Source: the human T2T-CHM13v2.0 reference genome, Homo sapiens. Taken from it: DNA of 64,000 nucleotides. Location of the stretch: NCBI RefSeq assembly GCF_009914755.1, contig NC_060935.1, one strand, 5' to 3'. Position 1 is the stretch's first letter. Every line of letters begins with the position of its first letter. Below, one piece after another: positions 57,776 to 64,000 of this stretch. A program made the translations under genes and the position numbers. The notes under the pieces were generated by a model that was not told the origin of the DNA, did no database searches, and worked only from the letters and a program-made list of their open reading frames with translations.

Positions 57776-58739
57776 TGAGTTACACTATTTTTCAATTTCT
57801 TTCTCAAGGAATCTTATTCATTTTATATCCCAGCCAGAATAATCATCATGCCTTACACTTGCTCTATGCTTGCCTGCCTCTGTGCCTGGAAGGCTCTTTG
57901 CCCTCATTTTTCCATGCCCGGCCCTTATTCATCTTTAAAATCCAGATCAAGTGAAACCTTCTTTAGAAAGTAATTCCTGATCTCACAAGCTGATTCAAGC
58001 TTTCTTTTGTCCAAATTTTTTAGAACTTTACCTTTGCTCTGTCATATTCTGTTTTATATTATGATTGGTTTTATATGTATTTTCTTCTGAGTGATTTATA
58101 AACTCTTTGGTGGAAAGACTGAGTCTTGTAAATATTTATATTTTTTAGTGAATAAAACACAGTGCCTTAAACATAGTAGACAACAAATCTTCTCCAAATG
58201 GTCAAATCAAAATTAATATGCTACAAGATACAGAATTATAAACTCAATACTGTCTATACATTAATTACTGTACATCTACCATCTACCAAATACGTTCAGA
58301 GACATTTTCCAACATTTATTTGTACTTCCTAATATTTTTGTGGTTTTAAATTTTAATATTCAACTTTTAAATATTTGTGGAATTTATTTTTTATTTATAA
58401 AGTGAGAAAATGACCTAAAGAGATTTATACCTCAGTAACATTTTTCAACTGAAACTTCTCCATGTATGTGCATTATTTTTTTCATTGGTATATTAGATTC
58501 TTATATATAACTATTATTATGTTCTCTTCTAGTCATTTGTTCACCTGTCCTTGTGGGGACACTACAATCGTGGCTTTATATTGTATTGTTTTATGGAAAT
58601 ATGGACTATTAATTTTTATTCTGAAAAGGAAATACATTTACAAAGTTCAAAGTTTAAAGGGATTTATAGTAAAGTTTTCCTCTCATCCATTTACACCCCC
58701 AAAGCAACTGACGTTATTAGTTTATAGTGTATTAGCATA

Positions 58740-59578
<839 letters not shown>

Positions 59579-61084
59579 ATATTTTATGTATAATTAAGTA
59601 TATGTATATTCTTTACTTGCCTTTTGCAAATTTTCTGTTTATTTAATACTCTGCTGTTTTGACTATGTATTATGCTTTCTACCAATGTAAAATGCCTCTT
59701 CATGTTGCTTGATGCTTTATACGTGGCATTTTATTGTAAATAGTTTAAATAAATTTTATAATACATTACTTGAAATTCTGTTTAATATGCAAACTCCTTA
59801 GTGAAAAAGGGAAAAAAGAGAGGAATTATTTACACTTTGATAGAGCATTTTAAAACGAGATGTTAATTCTAATGAATTTTCCATGAGAAAGTGATCTTAC
59901 TGACTGTTTCCTTATTGCATGTGCAGTAGATTCTAGGTTATGTTGAGCTATTCATATTTCCTCAAACAGGTAGACAGGGAACAAGCACCCGTGTACAGGC
60001 ACAGAAGAAAACAGGACACGACAGAGCATGCTCCACCGCACAGCCTGGAGTGCATGAGGGTGCGCGACCACAGAGAAAGCCTTACAGGACAGATTGAAAT
60101 TCTCCACTTTTGATTTCATAACTAAACATCTCAGTATAATATCAGATAATGACATTTATTTTTCCAGGCCATTATTTAAGTGGAGCTGGGTTTAAGATTT
60201 GGAATATTCATTTAACAGGAACAAAATGCCTGTGGTAGACCCAAAGAAGTCTGTTTTTGCCTTACAGCTGGATTTTCATAAAAATATAGTTACAATTAAG
60301 GTCGAGATTATTCAGTTTGAACACTCAGTCTCTTAAGTTTGTCTGGAAACACATTTGTCTCTCTGTAGCTGTTTAGTAAAAGTATATTGTTTTACATGCC
60401 CATATCAAGAATAAGTTAATCCATCATCTTAATGCAGTAAAGGCAGATATGTTGAAGTGAAACTACAAGAACCCCACCATTTCATAAACATTACCATGTT
60501 TTCTTTCTCAATCACCTGCTGAAAGATAACCAGGGACCATGGCATATACTGGGTGGTCTGCCTGAATCTTTATTTCTGAATTTTAAAAAATAGCATGAAG
60601 CTTTTAGGGGCTTCTGAAATGAAATCCTTTCTTTTGATCCTCCTGTCTTCTTAGTAGGTGTGTATGAAAGTACTTTGTAAAAAATAACTATATACCAGTG
60701 AGACAAATAAGAATGGAAAATTTCAGAGAGTTAGACATCAAGCTCTTTCTTCAGCACATGGTCTGGAAAGCACTTTTAGATTTACTACTAGATACTGGTA
60801 AGGCAGGTCAAATTCTTATCAATAATTTGAATCTTAATTATACCATTTACTAGTTGCATGACTTTGGGCATGTTATCTAAGCCTCCTGTGCCCCATCTGT
60901 GAAGTGGAGGTAGCAATTCCTCAGAATTGTGGTAAGGTTTAAATGACGCATTATATTCAAAGCACTTTGCACTCATTAAAGATATTATGAGCAGATGCTC
61001 AATAAAGTGAATCCATTAACATTTTAATGTGTTACTTCAAGGTTTTTTTGTGGCTAATAATGTTGTTTTGTGTCCAACAGAAAA

Positions 61085-61179
61085 ATGGGTGGCTCAGCAC
61101 CACCAGATAGCAGCTGGAGAGGAAGTCTCAAAGTGTCCTACAATGTTGGACCTGGCTTTACTGGAAACTTTTCTACACA
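61085..61179 (+). CDS. FOLH1B: Exon 8 equivalent (exon starts 61081); predicted PSMAL start Met (PSMA Met309): [32 protein letters not shown]
   Basis: tccaacag|AAAAATGGGT, first in-frame ATG of the intron-5 transcript (A at -3, G at +4); donor CA|gttaag; P326S. Confidence 0.88.
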
Positions 61180-61373
61180 GTTAAGAGACTATTTTAATTT
61201 TAACTCTTTTAAGGGGGAGACTTAAAGAAAAAAATACTATAGAGGATGACAGAAAAAGTAAAATTTATGTAATACCAGCAGGAAACAAAACTGCAAGTTA
61301 GAACCAGTGTAATTTTTGCCTGTGAACAATTAGAAATCTTTAAACAAGATTGAAGATTTAAATATTATGAGTG

Positions 61374-62000
61374 TTGTTGGAACTCAGAAAATGAATAACC
61401 CAAAGTATGGTGTTTTGGCATGCTGAGCACTTTGAACTAAAGGATAAAAGTCCTTAGATGCAGCTTCAGAATCAATAATTCTGACCTCTTACTTCACCCC
61501 ACAAGAGCAGAGTGTAAGTTTGTCTCTGAAGTTCCCTTATCTGAAGCTCCTGCAGAAGGAAGACAATGACTTTCCTTCCCCTCCCTGAAATTTTATTAAC
61601 CAGGGAAGATTGAACTCATATAGTGGGAAGGAAGACTGAGGCATATCACTTTATCTGCACAGGCTTTGTCACAAGCTGTTGACTGTTCTCTAGTTCCATT
61701 CAAGTTCCAAAGAGAATTATTTATAAACTATTGCCTGCTCTTTGGGCCCATTTAACTCTCTTGAAAACCATTTACCACCCCTCAAAACCACCTGCACTCC
61801 CCCACTTCTCCCTCCTCTATGAAGAGGGTGCTAGTTAAACTTCAGCCATTTGGCCTTTGAGTCTCACATTTTGTTTGGCTCCTGTATACACTGGTGTGTT
61901 AGTAAGTTTGTACGCCTTTTCTCCTGTTAATCAATTTTCAGTTTGTTTTACCAGACTTGAACCTTCAAAGGCAGAGGGGAAAATTCCCTTAACCCTTATA
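61374..62000 (+). mobile_element. MER34/MER39-group ERV1 LTR in intron 8
   Basis: tcagaaaatgaataacccaaagtatggtgttttggcatgctgagcactttgaactaaagg ... tttgtacgccttttctcctgttaatc. Confidence 0.6.
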
Positions 62001-62065
62001 GTGTTAATCTGTTAACCAGTTTTGTTTTGTTTTTTTTCAAAGAATGTCTTTTATTTTTGCATTAG

Positions 62066-62151
62066 AAAAGTCAAGATGCACATCCACTCTACCAATGAAG
62101 TGACGAGAATTTACAATGTGATAGGTACTCTCAGAGGAGCAGTGGAACCAG
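62066..62151 (+). CDS. FOLH1B: Exon 9 equivalent ([28 protein letters not shown])
   Basis: gcattag|AAAAGTC ... AACCAG|gtaaag; 86 nt; overlaps ORF-track 62022-62234. Confidence 0.93.
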
Positions 62152-63050
62152 GTAAAGGAATCGTTTGCTTAGCAAATATTGATCAAGTAACTGTTATGTG
62201 CTGGATACTACCAAGCTCTGGGAGTGCAAAGTGAATCAAAACAAACAAACAAACAAACAAACAAACGAAGAAAATCAGTGGAACTCACCTAAAAACAAAA
62301 GAAATAAATATGAAATAATTTTGTATTGTGGTACAGGTGGTGAAGTGAACATTTGGTGCTAGGCTGGGCAAATGACCAAGGTGAATGATCAATTGTGCAG
62401 GCCTCAATTAAAGGATGAAGGGAAGCAGAGTAGGGAAAGATTTGTTTTCTTCTGAGTTTTCTGAATTTTTTTTTACCATATTTTTGCACAGAGAAATATC
62501 TTCATGATAACTATGAACGTCTATATAAAATATCACGCTCTTAGAAAATTAAGATAATCCTTTGCATAGTTTTATTTTCTACCACTAAAGCCACTGATAA
62601 AATATATGGACATATGATTTCCATAGAAGTTCAGATGATCTACTGATTAATACATTTTATGCATAGTCTTAGTTCGTGAAGGCTCAGTTTCTTATGAACT
62701 ATTTGGTTCTGTATTTCTTACCAAAACAGATACTATTAAATGCATATTAAACATATTAATTGCATGTTTCTTACAAGCAGCTAATGATTTATTTTAGATC
62801 AAGAATATTGATATCCTTGTTGTTTGCATATTCTAAAGAGTACTAAACAATATATAAGTGGCTACTATTGAATAATACTGAGTACCTATTTTGTGCCAGC
62901 TCTGTGATAAGCATTGGAAATGGGGAGATAAAAGAAGACACAGACCCGAGGCAAAGAGCTGACAGTTTGTGAAGGGAGCCATATGCTTAAGGGTGATCAA
63001 TGCTTTATCACTCCTGATAGCTGGGTAGGCAAAGAAATTCCCTCTTCTAT

Positions 63051-63163
63051 AGAAAATACTTGAGCTGTACCTTAAAAACTGCATAGAGGGAGAAAATATT
63101 TGAGCTGTACCCTAAAAACTGAATAGAGGGAGAAAATATTTGAGCTGTACCTTAAAAACTGAA
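63051..63163. repeat. 40-bp minisatellite, about 2.8 copies
   Basis: agaaaata(c/t)ttgagctgtacc(t/c)taaaaactg(c/a)atagaggg at 63051, 63091 and 63131. Confidence 0.9.
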
Positions 63164-63562
63164 AAGAAAGAATAGGAATTGGAGAACTTCCTATGTGGCC
63201 ACTATGTTCTCTTATTTTGAATATATTCGAAAGTGGTAAGTTAGGTAAGAGAGGAGTATTCTCTTATTCACACAAAAAATGTGAATAAGGATAACGTTAA
63301 ACTTTCTTAATTACTTAATGTAGTACTTATAATTATGGTAATACATTTCAATATATATTTGCTTTATCACATGTATGCTTTCTCAGATAGAAGAAATACA
63401 TATTAAAATCAGAAATAACATATTTTCACAAATCTTGGGGAACCTAGCCTTTTTTTTTTTTTTGAGTCATGAGTGCTTTGTATTTAGATGCTTCTGAGTT
63501 GTTTGCAATGTTCTCTTTTATTGACCTGAAATGACAAATAATCTTGTATCTATGCTTTCTAG

Positions 63563-63682
63563 ACAGATATGTCATTCTGGGAGGTCACCGGGACTCATGG
63601 GTGTTTGGTGGTATTGACCCTCAGAGTGGAGCAGCTGTTGTTCATGAAACTGTGAGGAGCTTTGGAACACTGAAAAAGGAAG
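63563..63682 (+). CDS. FOLH1B: Exon 10 equivalent ([41 protein letters not shown]), with M28 peptidase zinc ligands His377 and Asp387
   Basis: ctttctag|ACAGAT ... GGAAG|gtaata; 120 nt; I398T. Confidence 0.94.
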
Positions 63683-64000
63683 GTAATACAAACAAACAGC
63701 AAAAAAACCAACCTATCTGAGTCTCAGTTTAGTCTTCTGTAAAGGGAGTATAAAAATACTACCTCAACCATTACATGTGTTTGGTAAAAATACCAATACA
63801 ATTTTTAATGTTGGTTGGTTAATTATATTGTTTATTTATTTTTGCATTTATTTATATAACACATATATTATTGATATTTATGTATTAAGTGATAATCTGA
63901 AATAAAGGAATTATACTGTTAATGGTTGTTCTTGGCAACTAAGAAGATGAAGATGGGTTATTACATCACTAGAGAAAACACACTGAAATTAGATTATAAG

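Noticed and set aside
63051-63163. CRISPR-like array
   Set aside because: The units are contiguous tandem copies without unique spacers, in primate DNA with no cas genes.

Overview
This is human (primate) AT-rich, repeat-dense genomic DNA containing the 5' part of FOLH1B (PSMAL, the PSMA/GCPII paralog on 11q14), on the + strand. Nine exons equivalent to FOLH1 exons 2-10 are present (30913-63682). All have GT-AG boundaries and splice into one uninterrupted frame matching PSMA residues 40-409, with 8 amino-acid differences from the PSMA sequence as I recall it. FOLH1 exon 1 (start codon, transmembrane anchor), the core promoter and the CpG island are missing. The deletion junction is visible at 29120/29121, where an antisense Alu is cut after about 35 bp and fused to intron-1 sequence. 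The alternative 97-nt intron-1 exon survives, but its start codon reads GTG. A copy of the PSMA intron-3 enhancer (PSME) survives at about 40670-40910. The known PSMAL transcript starts in intron 5 (about 50974), downstream of a near-perfect HNF1 site and a FOXA site. Its leader has 9 upstream ATGs, and a 44-codon uORF stops 5 nt before the main ATG (Met309 equivalent, 61085). Positions 1-27000 hold no recognisable gene, only transposon remnants. These include a HERV-K(HML-3)/MER9 solo LTR with 6-bp TSDs, a tailless U2 snRNA retro-fragment and a micro-inversion. Intron 4 carries a 194-bp inverted templated duplication inserted inside an Alu. Repeat family names and FOLH1 comparisons come from recalled consensus sequences, not from database searches.
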